Shown piece after piece: positions 50,435 through 63,445 of a stretch of 64,000 bases of DNA; positions within the stretch are counted from its first letter, which is position 1, and each line of letters begins with the position of its first letter. Position numbers and translations under genes: made by a program. The stretch is from contig NC_092679.1 of the NCBI RefSeq assembly GCF_964355755.1, positions 16,475,432-16,539,431 of the forward strand, given 5' to 3'. The notes below the pieces were generated by a model. It was not told where the DNA came from, ran no database searches, and worked only from the letters and a program-made list of their open reading frames with translations. Source of the stretch: Antedon mediterranea (lineage: Eukaryota; Animalia; Echinodermata).

Positions 50435-51148
50435 CACCGCAGAGCTTAACGCGCGTTCAAAAGAAGATGGTTTTAACGCATCCCGAACGCTGTATGCAAT
50501 GTAGAAATTATTTCTGCTTGGGCCTATACGATACATGAAAAAGATACAATTAAGGTTACGGAAGAATGATTACAATAACACATTTATAGGTCTAATAATA
50601 GTACAGTTAAGGAGGAAGCCTCGTGAATACATCCTCAAAATGAAAGCACTTTCTTACAAACATGATTAATTATAGACCTAATCACACACATTTCTTAATT
50701 GACAACATTCCGCGTGCAATTTGTATGTGGTAAAGTTTTTACGGGCAATTCTATAATCACAGAATGACGTTAAACAAGGCAAAGATTCACGAAACTATAT
50801 AAATCATTTTAAAGCTACAGACGAAATAGCAGAAAAGCTTTGAATGTGGTGATTTCAAATTAATGGAAAATTTAAAAACATCTATATTGTATTTTTACAT
50901 AATATTTCAACCTCGTGAATTAAAAAAGTCGACGACAGAACACTGTATGGTTTTATCTATCCATCTATTATTCCCCATCCATGCAACTGGATTAAGACAG
51001 TTATACAATCCCAAGGTTCAGAGTTCAAATCTTACATACAAGTGTTATTAGTTAGGGTTGTAACGACGCTTACCCCACTCCTTAAGCCTAAAATGATAAG
51101 GAATTTTACTTATCCATCCTGTAATGTAGTGTGTGTGTGTTTGTTGGA

Positions 51149-51303
51149 AGCCCTGTCTACACTATCAAACTAGTTTGACAAAAAAGTGTGATGTGCCCAA
51201 ATATGGTAGTGATATGCTCAAATATGGTAGTGATATGACATCATCGTATCCATATATGGGCACATCGCATTTTTTTTTCACATTTTGTAGTGTAGACAGA
51301 GCT
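51149..51303. mobile_element. MITE family A
   Basis: AGCCCTGTCTACACTATCAAACT...TAGTGTAGACAGAGCT|TTA. Confidence 0.85.
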
Positions 51304-53994
51304 TTAGAATATTATTAAATTATCGTAAAATCATCGTTACCACTTCAAAGTATAATATGGTAAGTTAATCGTGATAAAAAAAAATTCGGGAAATTTCTAA
51401 TGAACTTCAGTGAGTGCAATGTTAGTGACATGCCACAATCAATCAACAAGATAAACGGTCTACTACTCTGACACTTGTTAAAACAAATGTTACAGTCACG
51501 CGTCTTGTTACATTAGGGAATAAGCTTATTCTCTACGGACGGTTTAATGCCACATCAAATTCGCTCATCCTTGCAACAACACCTAACAACCTATACTGCG
51601 ATTCCCTTGATTCTTGAAAAGGCTAATCTATGATGTGTCTATAAAATATAAGGCACCAATAACGTCCACTAATTCTCATCAAAGAAAGATTATAAACCAA
51701 TTATACCTCATATTTCTTTATAATCTGGTACGGTAATTAAATTATAAAGTAATTAAAATATTTATATATATATATATATATTATAACCGAGTAGCCTATA
51801 TAAAATTACAATTAGGCCTACCTATTTTCTATTCAATTTGAAGGTGTAACGGCGGAATTATGCTTTATGAAAGATAGCGGTTCAATTATTTTTGCTCAGC
51901 TAACTATAGTGACTATTGCGCCTGATCGTGGTATCTTTATATCCCCAATTTAATGACATCGTAAATGTATCAAAAAGAATGAATGTTTACTCTGGGCATA
52001 TTATATGGTATGCCAAATGAAACTTTAATTGCTTGTTCGGCGGCTGATAGTATACATGCTATGTGTTTGCACAGACTACGATGCCCGTATAATGGGCATA
52101 GTTTTTTGTATAAAAGATTATATTTATTTAGTACTGAGAAATAGGGTGCCGCATTTTAATTTTTTTTTTTTCAATCTAATGAGTATGGTTTACAAATACG
52201 TGACGGCGAATTTTGTGCGATCATGATTGCATGATTGTAAGTAAATAGATATACAATGACTATGCAATGACGTGCCCTTTACTGGGATGTACCGTTATAC
52301 GGTTACCCTCGTAGTATTACGTCAAAAAATTACCCTAAAAAAAGACCAAAGTAGGCAAACAAAATGTGCAACAGGATTTTGAAGTGGACTGTCTTTGAGC
52401 ATTATACGACTTTTGACTTATATAATACAGTACATGGCGAGTGTAAATACGCGTGTTATCGGTATGTGGTTTTGGTTTATAAGTAGGCCTAAAGCCATGT
52501 TCTTATATTGTAATAAAGTACATTGAACATGCTGCCCTTTTACACACAATAATCGATAGATGAAAGGAAATTATAAACGGGACGGTTCAACTTATCGAAT
52601 GACATGGACTAGATTGGAATGTGTTGACAGAACTATCTACATAATATTATAATAACTTTTGAGGCCTATTTGATATTAAAATTTGTTTAGAAGACTATGC
52701 ATTTAGGCTTGCCTCTATAGTTATCAATGTCTTGTTATGTTGCTAGTATTCCATTCGGCGTTTCGATTTAATATACGTATGAAACGCCATGTGTGCCAAG
52801 TCGAGCCCCCGGTCAAGCCAGACAGGAGAAGCGTATTGGCTATGTTTATTCGTACACAAATCAATATTTAACCGTTTAAACATTATTATTTAGGCTAATG
52901 TATCACCGGTCTATTTAGATGTATTTTAGGTCTATACAAGCCTTAAAACATTGTTGGGTATCTTTGTCACAGTTTAACTGTGGCACTGTCCCTTTAATGG
53001 TATATCTATTACATAAATCTAAACAGTGTTATTATATGCAATTGCTCAACATATACAACACGTAACGTCATTTAATAAATAATAGTAACAGACGTAGATT
53101 ATCCGAGTTATCAGACAAGAAACTTTCAATAGAATAATATTGAAGTGCAGTAGGTGAAGAAAACCGAACAATACAGTGTAAAGACAAAGAATGAACAATA
53201 AAATGAGAGAAATACTAGACAAAATGCAGGGAGCGACAGAGGGCGTGCTATTTAGGCCCAACATACAGATAACTCGAGATTTCCAAATAAGCTTTTGTGA
53301 CGTCACCAATACCGAATTTCAATCAATAGATTATTAAAAATCAATAGGCGTGATCTGTTGGTTTAGCTTTTTGCCAAAAAATACACTTTTAGGCCTACAT
53401 ACAAACAGGCCTAACATTCAACATATGATATTCGGTCTGTGAACCTGGTACAAAATTGCAAAAAAATATAAAGAAATAAATAGATATGTACAAGGACTTC
53501 TCGATCAACATCACCGTTAAACGTTGCCCTTTAAATGTACTTACGATTCGATTTCAAACAAATACAAAAACATTGAATGCAGGTAAGAGGTGAATCCTAG
53601 ATAATAGAAATTGAAGCAAGGACAGAAAAAAAAAACCAAGGACAAGAATTGTTTCCTGATTAGATTAGCCTCCTTGATTTGTGGTATAAGATTTATTTTT
53701 AATAGTTATGTGTTGTATAGATTAGACCACGAAGAAGTAGGCCTAATTCTTGGATGATATATACAATTAAAAACCAAGACGCGTGGTGCCACGTATATAA
53801 CAGGGCTTTTCTTTAGATGGAGTAACGATCAATAGGCCTAATGCCTCCATACTGAATTACAATTTAATGGAGAAAACAGTTCAGAAACTAACTGTATCGA
53901 AAGACGTTAATACACTTGATTCAACAGGCTATACAATTTTGTAATTAATTAAATTTCAGGCCACAAGTACACGGACAGTATATAGAAATTAATA

Positions 53995-54520
53995 TATGCG
54001 TGTCTGTAACGTTTCGTTCACAAAATATAAACAAAAAATAACTGTATAGTTTATACATGGAGGTATACCTCCATGGTTTATAGTACGCCAGTACGTTTGA
54101 CCCAAACTTCATAGGAATTAAAATTATAATAAAATAAATTTAAATTGTAGTATCTTGGTCTACATGCCTATACCACGTACATCGAATGTGCGACTGTTTA
54201 TCGGACGTTCACAAAAAAATTAACGAAAAATTATTTATAATAGTACGCCATACTTTTGACCTACCACCCCTCTTTACAATTAAAATTAATGAAGAAAATT
54301 TTATAAGAATTAAAATTATATTAAAATAAATCTAAATTGTTGGATTTAGCTTTAAATGCCAACTACCTCGAGCGTGACTGTCTAACGTACGGATGTTCAC
54401 AAAAAAACTAACGAAAAATAATTTATAATAGTACGCCATACTTTTGACCTACCACCCTCTTCACAATAAAAACTAATGAAGCAAATTTCACGGGAATTTA
54501 AATTACAATAAAATACAATT
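53995..54520. repeat. degenerate tandem repeat of about 185 bp, 3 copies
   Basis: GTTCACAAAA..TAGTACGCCA..GAATTAAAATTA recurs three times. Confidence 0.85.
54056..54075. mobile_element. 20-bp perfect palindrome with 7-bp TSD
   Basis: GTTTATA|CATGGAGGTATACCTCCATG|GTTTATA; absent from the two sister repeat units. Confidence 0.8.
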
Positions 54521-55301
54521 AACAAAAGATAGTTTTCAAATGCAAACTTACGTTTGTTAAGTTTTGAGTCACTTCAGCTCAGATGTTTAGCAGGAATGGA
54601 TAGTGGTGGTAGACCTCTGACCACTTTTATACCAGGATTCCATAATAAACAAACAATGTTGCGCAAAGTTAATAGCGGTACACTCGAACAGGTAGGTCGT
54701 AAAGAATCTTGAACAACCCCTTCAAACTTGTATGACGAACGATTATTGGTGAATAGCACGCGGCATTGTTTATGTGTACACTGCAAAACTTATGAGCCTT
54801 TTGATAATCTGACAAGTTGTATTATAAGCAAATTGTGGGGTTAGTAAGGGAAAGGTGTTAGCCCGTGTCAGGAACAGTTCTCTATAGCCAAATATTAAAG
54901 TATCCTCCGCGTGTTAAACTGCGTGAGGCACCAGTCTCCTCACCCACAGAGATTGAGTCCACGCGCGTGTGATAAGCCTAGATTAAGAGAAACGCAAGAA
55001 AAACTCTCCTCGAATTATATTAGGCCTATGCCAAAAATATATTTCTTTCTAAGAATATATTTATTATTTATGCTCATCATCAATGGCTGTCAGCCAAAAA
55101 AAGAATTTGGAAATTAAATTAAAATCTGGAAAACAACCAAACTGTTTTTTTTAAATTGTTGAATGTTAATGTGCTCTTTTTCCTACATACAGATTGACAT
55201 AAGGCAGTTTATTGTATGCTTTCTGAATCAGCAGTTTTTAAAAAAAACGACTATAAATATAGACACAAACCCGGCCTGGTCGTCGTAAGCTTGGCTCCCA
55301 C

Positions 55302-55333
55302 CATGGAGAAATAAGTTAACTTATTTCTCCATG
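55302..55333. mobile_element. 32-bp perfect palindrome with 7-bp TSD
   Basis: CTCCCAC|CATGGAGAAATAAGTTAACTTATTTCTCCATG|CTCCCAC. Confidence 0.85.
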
Positions 55334-55342
55334 CTCCCACTA

Positions 55343-55549
55343 AAGCCAATTAAGATAACGACGTACGACGAGTCGTCTCGTCGAGAGAACATTACACATG
55401 TTTAAAGTTCTCTCGACGTACGACCTAAAAAATACGCCCGATGCTATCTCAAGAGGACTCGTCTCGTCGGGATTCAACTCAGACAGCACCGACGAGTCAA
55501 GGAGTTTCGTCGGCCCTCGTCGGCCCTCGTCGTACAACTGAGTTGGCCT
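55343..55549. mobile_element. Harbinger-like MITE rich in CGACG/CGTCG
   Basis: imperfect TIR AAGCCAATTAAG..ACGACG / CGTCGT..CTGAGTTGGCCT|TAA. Confidence 0.65.
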
Positions 55550-56569
55550 TAACGCAACGTCGTCAGCGCAACGCAGGTAAATTGGCCAAGTTAATCAATC
55601 GCAAGTGACAGTTTGGATGTCTGTCGCGTCATGATTGGTCAAATTTGCGGCGTCTTTACGTCTCTGCGTTGCGTCAGTAGGAACCTAGCTTTGGTGGGGG
55701 TTTGTTTGTAGGCCTAATGAGTAAGTTAGTTAGGCATATCACTGCTGGTCTATAATTTAATAAGGGCACTTCAGGAAAAGGGGGATTCGTTCGAACCTCA
55801 CCCTGAGGCCAATACACCGTACCAATGTAATTAACTGATGATACATTTACACCTATAGTTAACCTCAAAGTCAAGTGAGTGTATTCAGAATCGAACAAAC
55901 AAACGAAGAATCGCGTTCTCACACCTTTACGTAATTAAACCTGGTCACCATTTTAAACAAAAAATATACACAGCCTGACATGTTAACAGATTGATAAAAA
56001 GAAAGATTAACTCATTATTGAGATACGTTTAAAGTGAAAACATTGTCAGGGGTAAGTTATCCCATCTGGGCACGCTACAATGTTACATATAAAAAATGAG
56101 CAAAATGAACTTCACGTCCTATAAAAACACATTATATGATCCCAATTAACCCCAATCAGGGTGGAGACTGGCATCAAGAAGGATATAGTGCCTAAATAGA
56201 TCCAATGATGGGGCTCGGTCAAAATGCCGGATTACCGGAACCGTACATCCTTTTCAACTTACGGTTTTTTTAATGGGTCTTTCACCTTTCTCCCCGCCGA
56301 TTTCCAGTGCTGTATCTCCACATCTATTTCCGAAGTATACGGTTCTCGTTCGGCACTTGCAAATCAAATCGAACGTAAATGTTTCGTTTTCACGCGGCTA
56401 CGTGCATGTCGATTATTGGCGCATAGCCGCATGGAGCGTCGTGGAAACGAAACATTGGCGTTCGAATTGATTTGCCGGCGGCGGACCGGAACCGTGCCGG
56501 AACAGTTATATTATGTATATATTACAGTGAGGCGCGATGTTTGAGCCCCATTTTAGTTACACAACTAAC

Positions 56570-56708
56570 ACTAGTAGAACTCCTTCTTTGGGACACCCAT
56601 TTAAAGGAGACAGCTGTCCATCAAACAAACGAGAAACACTACAGTCAACCCGTAGTATGAAAAAGACATTTTGTGGGTCCCGATTATGTCCCCTTAATAG
56701 GGGTGGTA
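56570..56708. mobile_element. Tc1/mariner-like MITE family H
   Basis: AGTAGAAC.CCT..TTGGGACACC...TGTCCCCTTAATAG; related pieces at 45958-46340, 20117 and 32350. Confidence 0.5.
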
Positions 56709-57861
56709 TATAATATTGTATATCTCTTACGGGCTTCAATCATTGGTGTATAAATAAACATTGCATGATCTATTTAAACTTGGGTCTCAATAATATATAT
56801 TGCCATCAAACACAACAAAATAGATAGTTTAGTATTTTATAGTGTTTACAGACACAAAGAATATGGAAAACCTGTAGAATGTACCAGGTCTCGATTGAGT
56901 ATCGCATTCCTACACTAAAAAATTATCATTTCAGATAATAAATATTGTGTGGTGTGTTTTGGTGTCAATTAATCACTAGCGAGCGAAATGTGTTGACAAT
57001 GTTAAAGCTATCATTCATCCTTATTACCGATAACTCAAGAAAGATAATGTAAACGATAGGTTACCTCCCAAGTTCGATTCCTGCTAAAGCCTGGAAGTTG
57101 CGCATCTTCGCTAAACGCGGAAAATTTGACCAAATACGAACGAAAACTCTCCCAATGTGGTAAGAACAGTGGTTTGTGATTGATCAATTATCTCGCATTC
57201 GCGCAGATACACACAGGACCACAGTGAGCTTTTTTTGAGATACAGTAATTTCTTGGTTGTGTGTGGACGAGAACTCTCCCAATGTGATAAGAACCGTCGT
57301 TTGTGATTGGTCAAGTCTGTCGCATTCGCGCAGATACATACACATTGCCTACCGAACACTGAGCCCTTTTTGCGATCATTTCTTGGTTGTATGTGGATGT
57401 GCGCTTTACAAAGTAACAAAATTCGTATTATCCTTAAAAGTAAAGGTCCTCTCTTTGGTTTCTGCAAATAAAACAGTAAGCCTCTGTGTAAAGGGAAAAC
57501 GATTACCATGCAAAGTCACGTTATAATCACATAGGACAGGGTTTCGTTGTATTGTCAAGTAGCCTATATTGACTAAAAAGAACCGAATATCACTGTATTA
57601 AGCCCTGCATAGTACACAATAAAACGTATACATAGGTGATTATAATGAATGTGAAAACAATCGACGATGCCAAAGGTACCCGACACAACCACACACTAAA
57701 ATGAATAAACACGAGTCAAATCTTGTCCACGATGATTTATACAGGAGATGGGGTGGGGGTGATGTTTAAAGTAACAGTTCAACAACTTATGATGAACATT
57801 GGTATGTTCAACAGGTTATAATGATTGTTTTCTTGTTAAAATGATTGTTAAATTAAAATAA

Positions 57862-58165
57862 GGCCGTGTGGCGCAGTGTATCGGACGTTCGACTACTGAT
57901 CGAGGTTCAAATCTAACTTTCGCCGCATTGCATGATTGTATCCTTATAGGCAAGATACTTTACTTACGTTTGCCTCTCTCCATCTAGGTGTATAAATGGG
58001 AAACCGGTTAGATCAAGACACAACTTTGCGCTGATTACTAACTTCATTATGAGAGTATGTTTCTATACGTGTTTGATAAAAAAAATTAATAGGGCAATAA
58101 GGTAACGATGTTCAGCGCTTAGAGGTTTCACAACATTAGGCGCTATATCCAGGATATTATTATAA
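57862..58165 (+). mobile_element. tRNA-derived SINE with CORE-like domain and L2-type 3' tail
   Basis: A box TGGCGCAGTG, B box GGTTCAAATC, GGCAAGATACTTTAC..TTGCCTCTCTCCA.C.AGGTGTATAAATGGG, tail AGCGCTTAGAG..GGCGCTATA..(TAT)n. Confidence 0.82.
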
Positions 58166-59769
58166 TGAAACATAAAATTGAGCAAATGATATTGATTCTC
58201 GTCAGTAATTCCGTTATAGCCACAGTCGAATACTCAAGCCCTCAAATATACACATCGCGACTCATGCCGTACGTTATATGTATCTATTTTATGAGAACTG
58301 TTATGTTCATGTCAAATACACAACAGCAATGATGAAATCTAATATTCTATAAATAAACATCGTAAATATTTATGAATATCACGATATATTGTGTAGTTAC
58401 TAGTTTTTATCTTCATCATAAAACTATTTATGATAGTAGAGAATGTGACTATTGAACCATGTAGAAAATAGACAACTAGGCCGCGCCTAGCACGGAGCCT
58501 AAAGATAAACGAAACACTGGTTTAAAATGCATTGAGATTCCCCGTGCACATTGCCGTGGCTGCTGCATTCGCGAGTTGCTATCACATGTGGTGTGGTGAA
58601 ATAGATTATGCAAATGATGCCACATGGACATACTTGCTTTAAAACAAATGGATAAAACCCCGTGTTAATATTTCATAATCCATAATGGAAATTTTGATTT
58701 GTGTAGGCCTATTAATCGATATTTGATTTGCTATGGACATTTTGATAAGCCTCATAATGGAAACCAATAAGATTTATTCTTTACTCCATGTACACAATTT
58801 CAAAGATGTGAATAGTGGAATTTATGCGTTAATTTATGTGTTGTGCTTTGTTGTGTAGGTAATAAATATAAACAATAATGATTTTTCAAATGATTTTTTT
58901 AAAAATAATATTGCGTATTTTTTAAGTTGAAATGTAGGCCTAATTGTGTTGTTTTATACGGTACGAAATGGATTTTATCTTAAAATAAGGACATTAACCA
59001 AGCATATTCCCACAATAATAGTATTTCCTAAATAGGCCTACAGTAATACAATAACTCACCTTTGTTATGACATATGATGTCTATTAAGCGTTATCCAAGA
59101 TGCTCCGAATTGTCAACTCGTCTAGAGGCTTAGCTTACAAGCTAGCTGAGCGATATTATAATAAACATAAACATATTTCGAACATATTGATACTGCTTTG
59201 GTATGTTCCTTAAAAAACAGTCACCACGACGACATATTGTGGTATACTGAATTGTGAGGTTCATTTATATTGGTAGAATATATTTTTGTCCCGTCCATTT
59301 CCTTTCAAAATAGCAATCGTTTGGAATAAAGCTTACGCTATAGGCTTTCTGTATAGAGTTCAGCGTTTCATAAAATGCAACGAACCGCGGAAAGTAATTA
59401 GCATTCACAGTTGGCGAAGCAGATACTGTGTTGGCTAATCAGTACTGACCGATCAAATTAATCATCGTCATCTATAGGCCTACGATTCCTCTTTTTTTTA
59501 TTTATATTTAGACAACGGACACTAATATTTTATTTATGTAATTTCTAATTCTCTTTTTTGTGTAAATACGCCAATTCAGCACTTCTGCTGCTTTTGTATT
59601 TTAGATGTCATTGTTTTTTAATAAAGATACCGAGATATATAACAACCGTCACGAAGGCTTTTATTTGTTTGTTTTAAATTTCCTCCTTTGTTTACTAATT
59701 TACATAAGTGTGCTGATTTGTTTTTATAGTATCTTAAGTGTCAGTGACGCACGCTGATTTAAAAGCAAA

Positions 59770-60079
59770 AATAAATAAACATACATTTTTCTTACATAAA
59801 ACAAATGAAATTGGAAAAGATTTCGTTCTAGCACTATAGGATAATCATCTTTGATAAATTAGTACTGTATTTAAAAAAATTCAATCAAATGACGTAACGA
59901 TCAATAAAATCGTTGTATTGTCACGATGTTATTGCTCTTACTAATCATGACGTCATTTGATTGGACGTGTAAAAAAGGCAGCATAGATGGTTATACTATA
60001 GTTTTAGGAAAAAACTTCTTAGATTTCTTTTGTTTTATGTATGAGAAATATATTGTATCGTCCCAATGTAAACGGGCCT
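59770..60079 (-). mobile_element. MITE family D, inverted and partly decayed
   Basis: TTGCTCTTACTAATCATGAC.TCATTTGATTGGACGTG; end TGTAAACGGGCCT|TAA. Confidence 0.75.
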
Positions 60080-60914
60080 TAAGAGGAAGTAGTACGTCCC
60101 GCAACAAAAGCCGCATTTTAACGCGATGCTTTCCGAAGTATCATATGAATAATTTGGTAATACACCATCCCATTTATTTATTTTATTTTATTCAATCGAA
60201 ACCAACAGCGATAATTACCGCCACTAACAGGTTTGATATAAACAAAGCCAGGACTGTTTAAAGCACCTTGATTGGTCCTAACATTGATCAAGGGCTTCTC
60301 TCGTCCAGTGTCCACCTTGACCAGAGGTCTGAGGCAGATACTAGATGCAGATCACATGGTGCCTGTATCATGTATTTGTATTTTTGTATTTATTCCACAT
60401 TTATTAATTTAGTCATCAATTACAGTAGGGCCTACATCATAATTACAGTAGCCTACAACTGAAAACAGGGATCCTGCATAAAAAAGCTGTAGCTTCGTTT
60501 TTTTGTAGAACCCTACAAATGTAAGTTAGGTTAAGTGGTTACTACTAGATAAATGTGAAACACATGTGATGTTGTATTACCAAATATTCCTATGATACTT
60601 CGGAAATAGATAGAGATTCGGCTGGTATCAATTTGTTGAACAGAGACGCTACTTTCGCTTCGATATGACACGCTCTCTTTCATCAGCTGAATACTCTCAC
60701 AATGTAACATTAAATGAAAATACTTCAAACAAAACATTGAGGGGACGGGTAATACCGTATTTCCCAGCGCCTAACAAAAGAGGGGTCCTATTTGTGCAGT
60801 AGTACAGCACAATCAAAGTTGGCATAATAGTACAATCAAAGAAGTCAACAGATGGCGCTATTTTAGAATATAATAAAAGGATGACATGATGTATTGGATT
60901 TTTAAAAAAAGATT

Positions 60915-61302
60915 TAAGGGCGAACGATCGACGATAAAAAGATAAAATAAATATGCATTTTTCATACCTAAAACTAAAGAATTTTAAAAAGTTTTCATCC
61001 TAGACTAAAGGATTATTATCTATGCTGCCTTTGATTAAAATAATATTTCCGCACGTCCAATCAAATGACTTCATGATTAGTAAGAGCAATAATATCGTTA
61101 CAATATACAACAATTTTATTGTTTTTATTGATCATGACGTCATTTGATTGTATTTTTAAAAATATTTTTTTATTAAATACAGCATACATGATTATCCTAT
61201 AGTTCTAGAACGAAAACTGTTTTAATTTCTTTTGTTTATTCAAGAAAAATGTATGTGTATCTATTTATCGTCGATCGTTATCGCCTTAGTGTAAATGGGC
61301 AT
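60915..61302 (+). mobile_element. MITE family D
   Basis: colinear with 21022-21397; end TAGTGTAAATGGGCAT; left TIR partly lost. Confidence 0.8.
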
Positions 61303-61842
61303 TTAGCCGGGTAAATTGGCCTACGATACTACGATAAACAGAAAAAACAACGGCAATATATTCTTAAAATTACAGATAGCCGACTTAAAATGTTTTGTTA
61401 TTTAGTCATGATTGTCATTAATAAATTGGAATATAAACGATATTTATAAATATTGTCTGTTAATAAATGAGCTTAAATGTCATTCAAACAAATTGACCAA
61501 GTCAGAAATGTGTACGCATGCGCACATCAACATAGTCATGTCTCGATGGATTAAAATCTTTTAAACATCAAATTATATGATTTTCGGTGATAATAATAAA
61601 ATTCTTTTAGTAATAAAAATGGAGTCGATCAATGAAACGTAATTGGTTAAAAATGTCTTCAAATTAAATTTACATTGAGTTGTGGCGTCACATCAAAATA
61701 ATGTGTCGGGTAAAAAAATACTAAAAAAAAAAAAAAATTAAGGGACATCGGGTAAAACTAATACCTGATTATAGCAATGATCGGCAATGAGCCTCCATAC
61801 CCCCTCCAATATCTCATTTTGAAACAATGGGAATCAATATCA

Positions 61843-62300
61843 TTAAAGCAAGAAATATTTCTTACAAAAAACGCCGCTCAACTCAATGACAGTTTTAATT
61901 AGTGTTCTTTCTTCATTAAATGATTATTTTATTGATAGGTCTATTCTATTTAATAAATTAAGAAACACACAGTGATTTATTATCAATCCTTTTTGTTCAA
62001 CAATCATTTAACATTTTAGATAACGTAAAATAACCTGAAATGCTACATTTGGTTACGTCGTTAGTTTTTGCATGGGTCGGTAAATAGAAAATCTCACGAG
62101 ACTGCTCTCTTCTCCCAGACGTTTTGGGGTGTGCGAATGCCCAGTACGAGTTTACAAATTCCCATTTTCAGCCTTTCTACGTATATAGCTTCCGCGTTTA
62201 TAGGCGTACTGTTTGTAATGATTCCGTCCTCTGGACTATATAATAGCTGCCTGAAAGGTGGTGCGCGCGAAAATAGAATAGGTAGACTTAATCAATTTGT
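61843..62300 (+). repeat. dispersed repeat also present at about 40075-40345
   Basis: AAATATTTCTTACAAAAAACGCCGCTCA and CTCT.TT.CCCAGACG..GCG.ATG..CGAGTTT.CAAAT.CCCATTTT shared. Confidence 0.6.
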
Positions 62301-62931
62301 TCCTGTTTAAGCTCTGCGCATATAGAATCTTTAGGCTCTCAATTCCGAAATACTAAGACATTGGAAATTGAAAATTTGAAAATTGGATCAAATTTTAAAT
62401 AAATTGGATCGTCTATCTATTTTGGATATAACGTATTTGCCTAGTATGCATGAGTATACCATCAATTGTATTTTCAATGTTGATTGGATTTATGGAAATG
62501 AATGAATCTCAACTGCAATCTGAAAGCCAAAAAAAAAAAATTTAAAAATAGCTACCATCATGTTTCATAGAATGCTAAAACAAGTAACCCAACTCAACTG
62601 ACAACTTATGTAGTGTCACATCTAATAAAACGATAAGGCACAACCTTTGGATTTTGTCTTTACTTAGAAGTTACACACAATGTTTATTAAATGAATGATT
62701 TATCGACACTGATTTGGTGGATTAGTCGATCATTTTGCCTGTAATAATCAGGCTAAACGCACGTGATGGCAGACACACTCGAATCATCAAATTGCAGAGT
62801 AAAAAAATCGATTAATATTGGCAACAGAGTAGTTGACAACTTGATTAAAATCGTACTCTAATATGTCATCATTGAGTTATTGCAACCGCCGCCTTAGCTG
62901 AAACATATTCATTTTGGTATATAGGCCTATA

Positions 62932-63125
62932 ATGCTTTTGGTTACAGCATCGAAATCTTTCCTCGTCAGAGGGCTGTTTGCGGCCCATTCGACCCTCTGT
63001 ATTTGGAGGGTGGTTGACACGACAGGCTACGACGAATTTTGGAGTTTTGCGTTAGTACACTACTTCTTGTTAATATTTGAAGGACTTGTTACGTGTGTTG
63101 CCACAAAGAAGGGCGAGTGGACAGT
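62932..63125 (+). CDS. TMEM26: TMEM26-like, first coding exon (gene continues beyond window)
   Basis: ATG...|GTAAGT; SFLVRGLFAAHSTLCIWRVV......FW.FAL...LLIFEGL resembles the TMEM26 N-terminus (ALATRLLF.LHS..GVWRV......YW.LAL..LLL..E). Confidence 0.7.
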
Positions 63126-63445
63126 GTAAGTATTAGTTATTTGTCAGTTCTTTAATTCAGATAAGAAAACAATCACGGTTTAAACTTATATTTAATGAGA
63201 CTATGTAATTTTATATTATTGTGTTTTAGCCTACAGTATTATTATGGATGTAATATTAACATCATAAATTCTTCTATCCGGTTCAGTACATTATAAATCA
63301 TCAGAAAATGATCCAAGCCAACATACAGAATATATTAAGTTTAAGATTGCATTTTACAATGTTTAGACTCCTCCTACCACTATTTCAAATCATTGCAGAC
63401 GCTGATTTCGCTGTTTCCTACCGTATCTTTTTCCTATTATAGCCT

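Larger units (their letters stand above)
55288..55690. mobile_element. family B MITE carrying two nested insertions
   Basis: AGCTTGGCTCCCAC...GTAGGAACCTAGCT; nested 55302-55333 and 55343-55549. Confidence 0.75.

Noticed and set aside
56224-57526. ORFs of 89-132 aa in CpG-rich sequence
   Set aside because: No recognisable domains or convincing splice sites; they overlap repeat fragments, including a duplication of about 127 bp at 57140-57340.
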